DNA from: Epiperipatus broadwayi | Lineage: Eukaryota > Animalia > Onychophora | Length of the DNA: 64,000 nt | Assembly: GCA_028023455.1 (NCBI GenBank) | Contig: JAQFVV010000011.1 | Coordinates: forward strand, 930,001-994,000 | Direction of reading: 5' to 3' | Shown here: positions 41,322 to 55,472 of the stretch, piece after piece | Layout of the letters: the number at the start of each line of letters is the position of its first letter | Position numbering within the stretch: position 1 is the first letter of the stretch | Notes under the pieces: generated by a model | Told to the model about the DNA's origin: nothing | Database searches by the model: none | Seen by the model: the letters and a program-made list of their open reading frames with translations, nothing else | Position numbers and translations under genes: made by a program

Positions 41322-42692
41322 AAAATAATTTTTAATAATTAAATAGCTTTATTGCTTGAGAAATTATGACAGTTCAGGTGCCAGAATTGGAATCAATCCA
41401 AGGACATTATGTTCCAGTGTTTGATAATCAAAAATTGTACTAAACCATGTGACACTTTAATTTTGCTATACATACTATTCAACCTAAAAGTTATATATAT
41501 ATAAAAAAACTAAATAAACATTTCAAGCCTTAGATTTAGGTGTGTTTAATGCATTGGGTAAATGCTAATTTAACAAGAAAGAAAATTGCATATCTTTTAT
41601 TGGCATTTGTCTCTAAATGTAGAAATTTAACATGCTTGGAGCCAACCTAAGTCTTTGGTGATGTTGACATTCTTTCCAGAATACTTTACTACTACTTCTC
41701 ATTACCATTAAAAAAAAAAAAAAAAAGATAGTTGAAGGTAAGCAAATCTTGTTTAGATTCTGAGAATGAGATAACAGTTAATTTTCAAAAAATATAATTA
41801 AATTCAACTATTCTTGACAATAAAATTCCTTTATGTTCTTAGATAAGATTTTGAACATAAATATTATTCTGTATATATTTTATTATTTATAATTAGAATA
41901 TATGGAAATTTAATTATTGTAACATTGTTAAATAATAAGCAAATATGTGTAAGCGTGTAAATTCAGAAATAGTATTTGTATGTCATTGCAAATTTTAAAA
42001 ACAACGATCTATACAGAAATTAGTGTTAGAATTGTGATAATCAATAACACACAATAACTCGAAAAACAACCAAATCAGGAAAAAAATATTCCATGTGATG
42101 ATTTTAGAACTAAACAAGCACAAGTAAAAGATGGCAAGGAATTAATAGAAACTATAAAGAGCATCATGTTTAATAACTATATGTATTTTACCATTGATTC
42201 CTTAAAATAAAGCAAACAAAATTAGTTAATATAAAAAAGGTTCAACTAATTTGTGATTATAAATGTTTAAAGACTAACAGCGCTACTGAAGGAAATCTCT
42301 AAACTATTTTTATGAATTTTGTGTTGTCATAGTTATAAAGTTAAAAGACAGCATCATAAGATGTTAAATCTGGGCATATTAATGTTTCATGGATTGGTTT
42401 GAATAGTCATTGCAAAATTCAGATTTAAAGAGTTTTTCGATCTTTCTATCTTTTATCTTATGGAGTTCAAATAGATATGACTGGCTGCTAAAAAGGAAAA
42501 TTGGCAATTCATTGCTAAAATTGTTAAAACACTCCATAAATCTACAATAAAGGTTCTTTTTTTTTTTAAAACACAAAACTTTTTAAAAATAAATAAATAA
42601 AAAACAGACAAAAAAAGAAAAAAACAATAATAATTCATTAAATGTAATAAAATAAACAACTCTACATTACTCCAATTTACAATAATTTATAC

Positions 42693-43585
42693 ATGTAAAT
42701 ATATCAAATTTAAGCGTAAACAGATATTATAATAACGTGAAAGCTAAACACCTTCAAACAGATACACTTTAAACATGCTTATGTGACAGCCAATCAGATG
42801 GAATAATGACATCACATGGGACTCTCAATTCTAAAACACAAGCAAGAACTATTAGAAAAAGATGGGACCCATCTTAATCTATGCCTCAATTTTATTTAAA
42901 TAAGCCAGACTCAAGCATTTTGAACTAAGAGTGTGAAGCTTAAATATCTTCACATTTAATCCACTAAATATTATATATATAAATTAACAACGCGAAATCA
43001 TCCGATTTACAACGAAGCAATATTTTAAATCTAATGAAAATGATATTAATAAATGTAAATATATCAAATTTAAGCATAAACAGATAATATTATAATAACG
43101 TGAAAGCTAAACACCTTCAAACAGATACGCTTTAAACATGCTTATGTGACAGCCAATCAGATGGAATAATGACATCACATGGGACTCTCAATTCTAAAAC
43201 ACAAGCCAGAACTATTAGAAAAAGATGGGACCCATCTTAATCTATGCCTCAATTTTATTTAAATAAGCCAGACTCAAGCATTTTGAACTAAGAGTGTGAA
43301 GCTTAAATATCTTCACATTTAATCCACTAAATATTATATATATAAATTAACAACGCTAAATCATCCAATTTACAACGAAGCAATATTTTAAATGCTTGAG
43401 TCTGGTTTATTTAAATAAAATTGAGGCATAGATTAAGATGAGTCCCATCTTTTTCTAATAGTTCTGGCTTGTGTTTTAAAATTGAGAGTCCCCTGTGATG
43501 TCATTATTCCATCTGATTGGCTGTCACGTAAGCATGTTTAAAGCATATCTGTTTGAAGGTGTTTAGCTTTCACGTTATTATAATA
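42693..43585. repeat. Family C: two tandem 360-bp-period units followed by an inverted ~195-bp arm
   Basis: Units 42693-43030 and 43053-43393 are nearly identical; 43390-43585 is the reverse complement of 43088-43283. Confidence 0.9.
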
Positions 43586-43588
43586 ATT

Positions 43589-43870
43589 TATACAGTAAAT
43601 CTATTTTTCTAACTCCAGTTTTGTAGAATAAGTTTGATGCCAGATGGTAATTCTTACTCATTTTTATCCAGTGCTATCCTAGCCATGTCTCCAGACTAGT
43701 TTCTAGACAAAATCCCTCACTGCTGAAGCTAGAAACTAGTCTGGGGATGTAGACAAGATTGCACTGGAGAGATATTTATTAAACCCTATTATCTGGCATC
43801 TCTTGTCTATTTATTATTTGAGCTTATATAGGTAACAGAACTGAAATAAAAAAAATAGATTTGCTATATA
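43589..43870. mobile_element. Family A-related foldback with collapsed hammerhead centre
   Basis: GATGCCAGA...CCAGACTAGTTTCTAG / CTAGAAACTAGTCTGG...TCTGGCATC; remnant CCCTCA-CTGCTGA-AGCT-A-GAAA-CTAG-TC-TGGGG at 43713-43747. Confidence 0.7.
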
Positions 43871-45475
43871 AATGTAATAAATTTAAAAACCATTTTTAAT
43901 TCATTAATATATCACAGCAGATAAAACCAAAATAAAAATGAAGAGAAATCTTACTCAGAGACTACAATCATAATATAGTGCTTACTCCATTCAGCATATA
44001 GAATAAAAGTTCACTCTGATTACTGCATCTATTAACACATATCTCTAAGAAGATATGCATCAGTCAAGGATAATAGATTGCAATTATTTTTTTTCCCCGT
44101 ACATCAAAGACTACTATACAAATATTCATTATCTTTTCCTACAGTGGGACATTTACTGTACTGACTATATAAAAAAATAAAACTCGATTTTTAATAACGA
44201 TTTTATGATTTTATTTACGTAGTAAATTAATTGTTAAGATAGCTAGAAACATAACATCATTCTATTATACTATTTAATTCTGTCTTTTTTAAAAAAGAAA
44301 TTTAATCTCCAAAAAATGGATTACTAAACTAAGCTTACTTTAAATTTTCAAATGCATCACTATTTTAATAAATTACTATTACAATCAATTATGAGGCTAC
44401 ATATCATAAAATGCCAGTTAAGTTTCCAAATCTGCTTTCAGTTTTTGTCAGTAAAAACAGGAAAAATCATTTTACAAAAATAAAAGTTTGCTGATCCTTA
44501 TTTTCTATTTTATGATAAAAAAAAGCCATTGGATACTTTAGTGATTATGGACATAATCTTCGATTAAAAGTTTGAAATATAGAGATCTTTGATAAAAAAA
44601 AATTTAAAATATCAGAGCAACAACCACTCAAGAAAAAAAAAATTATTTAAGAACAGTCTACAAATTTAACTCAGAACTGACTTAAAAATACTTAAGATTC
44701 AACAAAGATTTAATTATCATAGGGAAAATTATCACAATCTTCCTAAGTGAGTTTTAATGAGTTAATCAGTACCAATTTCTACATTTATCCTATAAGAAAA
44801 AAAATTCTGGGTTATTTTCTAGATGATCCAGTAATGTTTAAAGTTGTTTGTTTTAGTGGGAGGGGGGGGGGGTATGACTTTTTTTTTTTTTGTTAAAACA
44901 AAAAACTATTAAATTTTGGCCTTTGGGTCATAGACAAAAATAATTAAATCTAATCTAGGTCACAACTCAAAAAGATTAAGAAACACTTAAGTAAATAAAT
45001 ATAATGCAAACTAAAATGACTCATAATGAAACACAATTTGCTATGAAGAAAAAAAAAAACAGCTGAAACAGGCCATGTTTTCAAACAGTGATATTCTTTT
45101 TTTAAAAAAAAATGTATGTGCATATTAACGGGGAGGGGAATAAAAAAGAATGAATTACAAAAATGAAAATTGTTCTTTTTCAATAAGTAAATATGAAAAA
45201 ATAAACATATATGAAAACTTACTTTAATCTGTAACCTTTTTCAAGTATTTAAAAACAGCTGAAGCTACTTTTTTGTAAAGCTGTAAACAAAAGTGTGTAT
45301 GTCTCTGCCTAAATGAAGGTTAATAGTAGTAAGGCAACAGAGTACTAGGACCAATGTATCCTTACTTGTTACCCTGTTAAAGCAACTTATTCCAGCACAT
45401 CAATTTTATAATTACACTGAACACATTAAAGAACCATTTACATAAAAAAGCTTCATTACACAAGCATTAATATAT

Positions 45476-46162
45476 TTATAGATTTAGGACTAAAGATAAA
45501 TGTTAAAAAGACTAAAGTAATGTTTAATGGATTTTCTCAAAATATGAAAATAAAGATTAATTATGATGAGTTAAAAGACGTTAAGTTACTAATACCTTGG
45601 ACAGATTATTAATACAGATGGAAATATAATGGATGAAATTAATCATAGAATTAAACTTGGTTGGAGTGCTTTTGGTAGAAATAACTTGATACTAAAAGAA
45701 AATATGCCTATGTGTTTGAAAAAGAATGTTTTTAATAAATGTGTTTTACCAGTTCTTATTTATGGATCTGGGATTGGACACTTAATAGAAGAGCAATACA
45801 GAGACTTCAGACCACTCAAAAAAGTATGGAGAGATGCATGTTGGAAGTAACAAGAAGAGATTGAAAGTGCAATACATGGGTAAGAGAACAAACAGGTGTT
45901 ATTGACTTTATTGAAAAAATGAAAAGACTGAAGTGGAGTTGGGCTGGACATATTGCTAGAAGAGATAATAGATGGGCAATTGAAATCTTAAACTGGATTC
46001 GAAGAGATTGTAAAAGAACCAGAAAGAGACCATATGTGAGATGGATAGATGAAATAAGAAAGTGTGCAGGGGTGATGTGGAGAAGAGAAGCTAAAGATCT
46101 GAGATGGACTGAACTTGGAAAGACCTTCATAATGCAGTAGATTGATAATAGTTGATGATGAT
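45476..46162 (+). mobile_element. 5'-truncated decayed RTE LINE (same family as 6800-8448)
   Basis: MDEINHRIKLGWSAFG, KNVFNKCVLPVLIYG, LKWSWAGHIARR, RPYVRW; (GAT)n tail. Confidence 0.9.
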
Positions 46163-46676
46163 AGATTAGAAAGGCAAAACCATACTTCAAAATGTTTGAA
46201 ACTGTCAGTTTACAAGAACAATCATATGCCATTCAACAGAAATATAGCAGAAGAAAACATAATATATGGGGAACCCAAAAATAATTTCTAATGGCACAAA
46301 TGCAGAATTTAACTCAAAATTTTGTTTTTAATTATTATACAGTGGTGGCAATACAATAGTATTTTTTTGTTTTGTTTTGATTTTAACTAGAATCTTTGTT
46401 ATCATATTTACATTATAAAATTATAGGGATGATTATAGGGAAGTCTTAATTGATAATAATCTTTATTTAAGTTATCAAAAATTTCATTTGGAACAATAAA
46501 GTGATTTTAATTTAAAATGTTAGTATTACATCAATATTGGATTAAGTCATAAACAGTCAATATATAAAACAAAATACCTCCCCCATCCCTGGGCAAAAAT
46601 AGTAAATTCAAAGTAAAAAATTAGAAAGATTAATGTCTTTTACCATGTCATTAAATTACCTAAAACAATCTTGTAT

Positions 46677-47260
46677 TATCATCATCATCATATTCAATCA
46701 TTATTGAATCCACTACACAGATAAATCTCTTCTTCAAGATTAACTCAGTTTCTCCCATACATAGTTTCCACTAAAACATCAAAAGAATTCATTATTTTAT
46801 CCATCCATTTTACATGAGTTCTCTTTCTGAATCTTTTACAATTTCTGGAGAATCCGTTTAAGACTTCAACTATCTATAAATTACCATTTTTTCTAGTAAT
46901 ACATCCAGTCTAATTCCCGTTCAATCTCTTAAATTCTTTCAGCAATATCAATAGTAGTTATTTGTTTTCTCATCCAAGAATTTCACCCTTCGATCCCTTT
47001 TCACTACTCTCAATATGCATTTCTTTGCACTTTAATAGGCAATTTTAAATCTGTATTGCTTTTTTATTAAGTGCCCAAGTCTTATATCCACAAGTAATAC
47101 ATGAGATTTATTATAAGGATAAACCACTACCTGCTTCAATTTCATTCTAATTAAAACATTTTCTTATTTTCATTGCAACAATAATCATAATTACAATTGA
47201 CACATCATCATGAACTACATGTAGAATAAATGTCTGCAGTCAAGATTTCAAAAAATGTCC
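46677..47260 (-). mobile_element. Decayed RTE LINE 3' fragment
   Basis: (ATC)n at 46677-46690 is the reverse-complement tail; adjacent sequence resembles the RTE 3' region. Confidence 0.6.
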
Positions 47261-47952
47261 TAATTTGGCAGATATTAATTCCTCTTGAACGAATTATAGC
47301 AATTATCACTACGCAGCTTTAATGTATATTAAGGTAGGTTCTACAAAATATATTTAAAAAACACTATCAAATAATTAATAATTTTTATTAGTCATTCATT
47401 AGATTAGAGATTACATAATAATGAATTATTCACTATTTTTTTTTTTTAGATGATTACAAATCTGCTAACATAGGTCCTCAATGCTACGCATTTTTCAAAT
47501 AGGTTAATTAAAAATGGCACATGCCAGGTGTACACTTCTTTCATTATGAAATGATTGTTGTTTAGATACATTTTTGTGAGAATACTGATGATAAAAGGAA
47601 ACTTTATGAGACTGAAATTTCTGGTAGTTCTTCAAATTTTTGTGACTGGTAACCTTGGTTAATCATCAGTTATTTCATATTTTAGTCTGTTAATGATATT
47701 CTTAGTAGGATTTCAAATCTAAATCATCTTGCTTTTACACTTTAAAATGAAATTAGTTCAGCAGTAAAGGAAAAGTACCGATTTTGGTAGTACAGACTAA
47801 GTGAATAAATTTTTCCAACTACATATGTGTAAATAAGTCCTTATATAATAATAAAAATTTTAGCATACTAAGATTCAGGTGGATAATCAAGAACAGAGAA
47901 CACAGTAAATGTGAAAAGGCATCATATAATGAGTTTTTTATTGAATTAATCA

Positions 47953-49250
47953 ATATTGATCTACAGTGCGCTCATAGCTATTTTGAATTCTAAGGACTGC
48001 TTAAAACCACTGCTGACACATCCCAATGATAAATGGCATTGAATAATCCCAATGTGGTCACGATAAGACCATGTTACAAAATCACAAGTTATATCGATAA
48101 TTAAAAAATTAAAGTGCAATTTTCATACAACTCCGTTTGATCAAATCACGTGATTAAAATATACAAAATATAAAAAATGGGAGGACAGAATAAATTTCAA
48201 AATACTAAAAGCATATAATTTCTAAAATACGAATTTAAAATACTTAAAACAGAAAAAGTAAAAGAAAAAAATAATGAACATATATACTAAAAAAACCACA
48301 TGTTCACTAAATGTAAAATTGATCAAACAAAGCTTATAATTTCAAAATACAGTACTAAAAGCTTATAACTTCTAAAATACTAACGTAAATATTGAATAAA
48401 TGTAGAAACAACTATTGTAACATATTAATTCTACAATTAATAATTATCACATAATAATTGTCTAAAGTAAAGAATATTAATTTTATAATTAAAAAAAAAT
48501 TAATGAGTCAGATTTTTTTCTTACCAAAGAATGGTAAAAATCACTTAGATGTTAATAAATAAAAAATTGTGTAAATAGATATATAAATTTGTATCAATTT
48601 GAAAAGCCTGTAACGACCTCATGTGATCAAGTGTAGATCCGATATCCACATCTGGAGATCAAATGTGAATGCTATTTCTTATCTCCATTTTTTATTTCTA
48701 ACTACATGAAACAAAGAAAGCATGCAGTAGCAGTTTCTTTCTGGTAAGAAAAAAATCTGAATTATTGTAAAATATGTTTCTTTCATATGGTTATAGGCAT
48801 ATTTGTAAAAAAATTTGTATTTTAGAACTTTATGAGCTTTTAGTTTTTCAAAATTATAAGCTTGTTATGATCAATTTTATTTCAATATATGCTTATGACC
48901 TATATTGTAATAAAATCCATATTTTAGAAGTTATAAGCTTTTAGTATTTCGAAATTATAAACGTTTGATCAAACTTCTGCATTTTTTGGTTGTCCCTCTT
49001 TCCGCATACTTCAGCACTTTGCGCCATTATTATTATAATAAAATTTGTATTTTAGAAGTTATATGATTTTATTATTTAGACTGCACTTACTGCCATTTTG
49101 AATTCTAAAGACCGTCCAAAACCACCGCTGACATATCCAAGTGACACCGTGTGGATTATTCAATGTCATTTATCGCTTGGATGTATCAGAGGTAGTTTTG
49201 GGCAGTCCTTATAATTCAAAATGACAGTGAGCATACACTAAATCAGCACC
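47953..49250. mobile_element. Mutator-like non-autonomous foldback element, ~1.3 kb
   Basis: Long TIRs (right end TAAATCAGCACC); 9-bp TSD AATTAATCA / AATTAATCT; inverted internal subrepeats AAAGCTTATAA(C/T)TT(C)AAAATAC; extra terminal hairpin 49078-49240; nested inverted pair at about 48508 and 48760. Confidence 0.65.
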
Positions 49251-52200
49251 AATTAATCTTACTTATTGTAATAAAATAAAGAAATGCAGAAAGCACAATA
49301 GTTTAAAATTCCCATTGCTATAGTATTGGACACCCCAATTCTAGTTACTCAGTAAAGACTGTAAAAATTGATGCTGATAAATTAGAAAATTTTTTTTTCA
49401 GACACTATTTTGAGCAACAACTGATTTTATTTTAATTTAGAAATATTTAAGATTCCTTGGAATGTTGACCATGAAACACAAGAATGTAAAGACATTTTTC
49501 TTCCTATATTAAGGGAATGTGAAAATTTGTTATGATTTGAAATTCTTGCATTTCCATTTATCAACAGATGTTTTAGAATATTAAGACCTCATTCTCATTA
49601 ATAATTACTTAGATACAACAGCCTAGATGTGACTTAGAAAAATCTTGGAAATATGTTTTTAATGCACATAATCATAGGTTCAATGTAAATGACAATAAGT
49701 AATAAGCCAACAGACATCTTGCTGAATAGGTAATTGGATATGGCTAGAATCATCTTTCATAGAAGTATTTGTCTGGATATTTATAAACTATAGCTTACAA
49801 ATATCTGAGTTAAAGTCAATTTAAAGTTATATAAAAAACACAGTTGTTAGTTAACATCGAGTACTGCTTTTTGTATCATCATAGGAACATGAGTGGCTGT
49901 TTTTGCATCCAAGTAGGTTAACAATGGATAATGTGGATTCAACTTCTCATTGATTAATATCCTAGCAAATAGTTCCCTATTATTATATTATTGGTCTCAT
50001 TTTTACCATTTAATCAAAAACCCTATGATTTTCATTATGGATAGTACGAAGTCTAACTGTAGAACAATTCATGTTTTCCTTCTTTCTATTTAAAGACAAA
50101 TGTCAATTTTAGTTATACATTCAAATATTTCTTACTAAGTCAGTATTTATGATAAAGATCATTATCAGAAGCAATCCTCCCCTCCCCTTCAAATAAAAAA
50201 AAATATAGCTTCATTAATTATAAGACTATATTTTGCTTCAAGATCATGATTTAATATTCAGAAAATTGTCTTTATGTTGGTATAAAAAGATTGGACCTAC
50301 AATAGTCTTACCAAAAATAGATAAAAAGTTTTCTCATTTCCACAATATTGATGTTACGATTGGTTTCCTTCTCAATATCAAAGAAATGTATTAAAGTGTC
50401 AGCAGAAACGACTAAAGCAGAAAAGCAAACATTTAGGAGAATTGTACAACACTGAAATTAAGAGATAGTAATTAAATGAAGAAATTTTGGATTTCAGAAT
50501 GCTGCTGTAAATAAGCTAACCCGAAAATAACAAAAAATGTTGTTTGAATCTCAATATAGAGATGAGAACTTCTTTACCATGTTTTCTATAACAGTTTCTA
50601 TCAATCAGCTGTGAGAATCATACAGCAAATTTAAAATAAATACTTTGTATTTGCAAATCTCAATAAATGAAGACATACTGCAATCTTGCTTTGCTGATTA
50701 TAAAAAAAAAATCAAAACTACTGATTATGATCATAGTATATACCAATTCACATTAGTGAAAACAGGGAAAGTGCATTTATAACTTTTATATAGTGTCACT
50801 GATGGTTTGACATGAGTGGAATTTCAGTGCTTGTAATATGTGCTATTTTCCATAGATAAATCACTAAATGTATATAACTCTGCAATTTAAAACAATCAAA
50901 AGTTGAACAGTTATAATGAATCTTTATAAATTCAATACTTTAACATACTTAAGTTAATCCACCAAAAATTATAAAAATTCCAGCTTCAAAATAATTGCAT
51001 AAATCATCATAAACTTTGCAGACAAATGCTGATTTTTAAAAGTACATAAATTTATTATTAAAAAATTAGAATAAGCAAAATAAAAATATTAAGACATCTA
51101 AAATTAAGCTTCTTCTAATTTATCAAGCTCATATCAAAAAATGTCATATTTTGAGATAAATGCAAACTCTGAAGTTTATTATTTTAAGACTAATATTTTT
51201 TTTGGTTTAACAAATTATTATGCTTTAATCTGCAATCAAAATTCAATTTTTGATATGCAATAAGATAAGATAATGCATTTTAATTCATAATTTAAAATGA
51301 GACCAAGCAATTTAAATTCAGATGACTAATATCTTTGCATTTAATTATTATTACTATTATTTTAATTGCTGCACGTAAAAATATACTTATATTAATGGTC
51401 AAAGATTTATAAAACAGTTTCATAAATAATAAAAAAATTCAAAAACTAATCTGTAGCACTTCTAGTCTGGTATGTACTGAATACAAAGTTTACTTTTGAT
51501 TAAAGAAACTTTGCAATATGCTAATGAATTATTATTTGATTAATAATTTTTAAGAATTCTACAAGCAAACAATAGCCTAAGAATATCAATGAAGGTAGTC
51601 TGCTTCTTTCATAATAGCATCATTAATCTGAAATTCCTGGCTCCAGGTTTTTTTCAAATTAGTGAATTTTTTGGAATTCAAAAATAAATCTTTTACCTCT
51701 AATTGTAAATCCAAATGCGATTTGGCTTAGATATTTACTGAATGTTTTTCTCTTTTAATTTTGTTTTTATGTGTGTATATAAATTAATTTATTTATTGTA
51801 AAAAAATCATCTTTGAAATTTTATTTGAATAGAAACTTTTGAATAATAAATCTTTGGATTTATGATATTCAACTTTGTACTATATGAAAAATTTTAAAAT
51901 TAAGTAAAATGGCATTTCTACATTATCATTAGGAGTCAATACTGACATGAGTATATCTAATACATAATAAAGTAATATTATCGTACTAAAATATAAAGTA
52001 TGTATATAAAAGATAACGATAATCATGGAATTTGAGACTGTAGGACTATGGCATTGCTTCTACCTGTGATGAAAATCATATTACAATACAATCATATTTT
52101 TTATTTTTACATTCAGAACTTTAATTTTCATTTGATGAATAGCTAGACACCCATTAACATCCCATTAAGATTAGTTGGACTTCTTGCTCGAAAGAAAAAT

Positions 52201-53461
52201 TTAAGTGTTAGTAATCTATAAAAAAATTTCAAGGTTCATCTAACCCATAACTTAACAACTATGCCATATAGCTTTTCTATATTAATGTTTAAGATCTTTA
52301 TTAATAATTTTTTAATTGTAAAAATATTGACAACAAAATATAGATCTCATTCTTGAGATTTTTTTTCTTCATTATTTCTATTATATATTTAATTTTTTTT
52401 TTCTTTCTTTGGTCTCTGGATTCCAATCCCTTTATTACCTCAAGATTACTTGAATATTTCTTTAAATACTGAAATAATCCTGATTAGCTACAAATCTTAT
52501 GTAATCAAATTACTATTCAATAATATAGTGCTTGTAGATACATAAACGCAAAAAATAAAAACTCTACATATATGTATGTGAATATATATATACATAAAAG
52601 CATATAAACACAATTTAAGTATGTTTCATGATTAATTATTCATAGTCAATAAAGTGTTATATATTGTTGCAGGAAGTTTTCGTTTCCGTCACAGTAGTTT
52701 CCTCTATCAAGTACGTCACATCCAAACTAACACACTTCTGGCTGTAAATTTATTAAAGCAAACTGCTTAGCGTCATAGGTATTAATATTATTATTTAATT
52801 TAAATATAATCAACTTAAATATCAATATGTTTTTCGTTTTCGGTTTTGTTAATTAGATCAATTGTCAAAAATAAAATATAGGACAAAATATATATTCTTA
52901 TAAAGTACAATATTGTATGTATTGTGGTAGACTAAAGTAGTAACGATAAAAATAAATCACTCTCTCTACTCCCGTTCAAACATTCCAACTATCAAGTAGG
53001 AACCAAGATGGCAAATTTAAAAACAGTAATTACAAAAAAAAAATATGAAGTATAAAACTTAAGAGTATTAAATAAGATTTTTTAACACGTTTTTAAATTT
53101 TGTTTATAAGTAATTTCACAATGTTATTGCAAATATATACAAAACAATATAGTATAGTAATAATCAACAAATTATTTCAAACTCCCTTTTCAAGAAAAAT
53201 AATTATACAAAGTCCAAATCGATTCCATACATATGTCATTATCAACATTTAATATAAATATTACATATATATTTTTAGGATTTAGATTTTGACAAGTAAT
53301 ATTATAGTTTTTGTACATAAAACAAAATCAACTATTTACGAGATATTTTCAGTATGTGAATGATACAAGTTAACGCAATAACGTTGTCAGAGGCCAACGT
53401 CAACATAACAAAGAGTGAATAAGCACATTTAAAAAAAAAATCTTACCTTATAAATTAATTC

Positions 53462-54010
53462 CTAAAGTAGTACACATCCGCAACAATAACCTCTCCTATC
53501 TTTGGCCGGACTGGAATTCATTTCTCTAACTATTTCAGCAAAAACCTCGTTGACATTATGAGTATTCTTGGCCGAAGCCTCAATGAATGGACAGGCCCAA
53601 AGATCGGCCAAAGCCAATCCTTCTTGAGTAGGAACTTCTCGATGATGATCTAAGTCACTTTTATTTCCAACTAATAGCATAGGCACTCGATCTACTCCTT
53701 TGACGCGTATAATTTGATCTTTCATTCCTTTAATATCCTGAAAGGTTTGATGATTAGTCAAACTATAAACTATCACAAATCCCTGCCCATTTTTAATGTA
53801 CAGGTCCCTCATAGAGGCAAACTGTTCTGTTCCTGCCGTATCCAAAATTTCCAAAACACAAGGCGCTGAGTCCACTTCTATCTCCTTTCGATAGAAATCT
53901 TCTATTGTAGGGTCATATTTCTCCATAAATGTACCGGATACAAACTGGACTGTTAAAGCACTTTTACCAACACCACCGCTACCTAAAACTACTACTTTAA
54001 ACTCTTTCAT
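53462..54010 (-). CDS. Rap2: Rap2-subfamily Ras-related small GTPase, 182 aa, uninterrupted CDS
   Basis: P-loop GSGGVGKS, effector loop [16 protein letters not shown] (Rap-type T at the Ras Q61 position), NKSD, SAK, C-terminal CCGC plus CAAX box CVLL. N-terminus [10 protein letters not shown] and [16 protein letters not shown] match Rap2 rather than Rap1 or Ras. Confidence 0.97.
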   Translation of the reverse strand: MKEFKVVVLGSGGVGKSALTVQFVSGTFMEKYDPTIEDFYRKEIEVDSAPCVLEILDTAGTEQFASMRDLYIKNGQGFVIVYSLTNHQTFQDIKGMKDQIIRVKGVDRVPMLLVGNKSDLDHHREVPTQEGLALADLWACPFIEASAKNTHNVNEVFAEIVREMNSSPAKDRRGYCCGCVLL

Positions 54011-54260
54011 TTTGATTACGGCGATATCAAGATGGACAAAAAGATCCTACTACCTTTCTTTCATTAAGTTAATATAATTAAAACGGATCCTATAAATGAG
54101 GCAGTGACATAACTTAATCGTAGAGGATCTCGCATGCTTCATGTTTTTTCTTTGGCAGCCATCTTGGAAGTAAGGGTGTGTGTGCTATGCGATGATCGGT
54201 AGTGAGCTAAGCACGTTTACTATAAATAGATCGAGAGCAATGCCAGCTTGCTTCGCGTGG
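54011..54260 (-). promoter_or_regulatory. Probable 5' UTR and core promoter of Rap2
   Basis: CpG-containing, less AT-rich patch directly upstream of the ATG; YY1-like AAGATGGCTG on the minus strand near 54155-54165; AT-rich CTATAAATAG near 54220. The TSS cannot be determined from sequence. Confidence 0.45.
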
Positions 54261-55314
54261 ACTCTCAAACTTTCAACTGAAACTGTTTTAATATTATTTA
54301 AAATAAAATATTACAAACTTAGTCATTTATAAATTATAATCTTGATATCATTTCTACGAATAAAGGTGCGCCAAAACATGAATAAAAAGTTGAATTACTT
54401 TATAAAACAAATATTGGAAAAAAGATAAAATGCTTGAGTACTCATGAACGAGCGGAACACTGGTAACTATTAGTAAAATTATTTAGGGCGGTTTGATCTA
54501 ATTATTTAACTACTAATTAATATTACCTTTACTGAGTATCCATTTTAAATATTTTGTACGAAATTTATTTCAGTAAGGTTCACTTGCTTATAGCTTTATA
54601 ATTTATTTCGAATTACTGTTGACAGCCTTAGAAATGTGTAATAAATATGAATTTTTTTTTGACGTAATTTAACTGATTACTAAAAGTTCTCGGAAAATAT
54701 TTGAACATAGCAAACTCGTGAAAAATTTTTTTAAAAAAAAAACTTGTTGTATATCTTTCTAATTTTTAATCTATCAACTATTATCTAAATGCATCAGCGA
54801 AGTAAAAAAAAAGGGCACGGATTTAGTTATGAAATGCTTCCATTTTTAAAAAAATCTTTTTAAATAAATAGAAAGAAAAGATAAAATAAATTCAAATAAA
54901 AAAGTGGGGCAAGAAAAATGAGCGATAAATCGCTAGCTTATTATTTATCTTGATTAAAAATACACTGTGGTATACCGTATGTAGATATCGATCAATTCCG
55001 ACGTAAATCGGAGACCGGCTAGCTTATTTTGCTTTGTTAATATTACGCTCTGTAGAATAAAGTTCTTCCTATGGAGATTTTTATTTATTTTTGCAAATTT
55101 CATACTTTCAACTCAAAACGCCTTTCGGTTGTATACATGTTCGCTCGTTCTTAAATATAAAACTTAAATGTATCCCATTATTTAAAAAAAGTTGTTAATT
55201 AAATATTAAAAACTGTACTATGAGGATAGTACACTAAAAGACTCCGGAATCAATTTTAATATGGTATCTAATGGGAGACTTTAATTTAAATTCAGATAAT
55301 AATATCATTGTTAT

Positions 55315-55472
55315 TAGAAGGGACTTGAATTCAGACTTTCAAACTCCTTACAGCTATGTACTCCATCTCATACAACTGGTACACATGACCACGTACATGT
55401 GAAAAAGATAAATGGTCAGTTGTATAAAATGAATTGCATAGCTATAAGGATCTTGAAAAATCTGAGTTCTAA
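55315..55472. mobile_element. Family B foldback element (diverged)
   Basis: GGGACTTGAATTCAGACTTTCAA...ATACAACTGGTACACATGACCAC and CAGTTGTATA...TGAAAAATCTGAGTTC. Confidence 0.65.
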
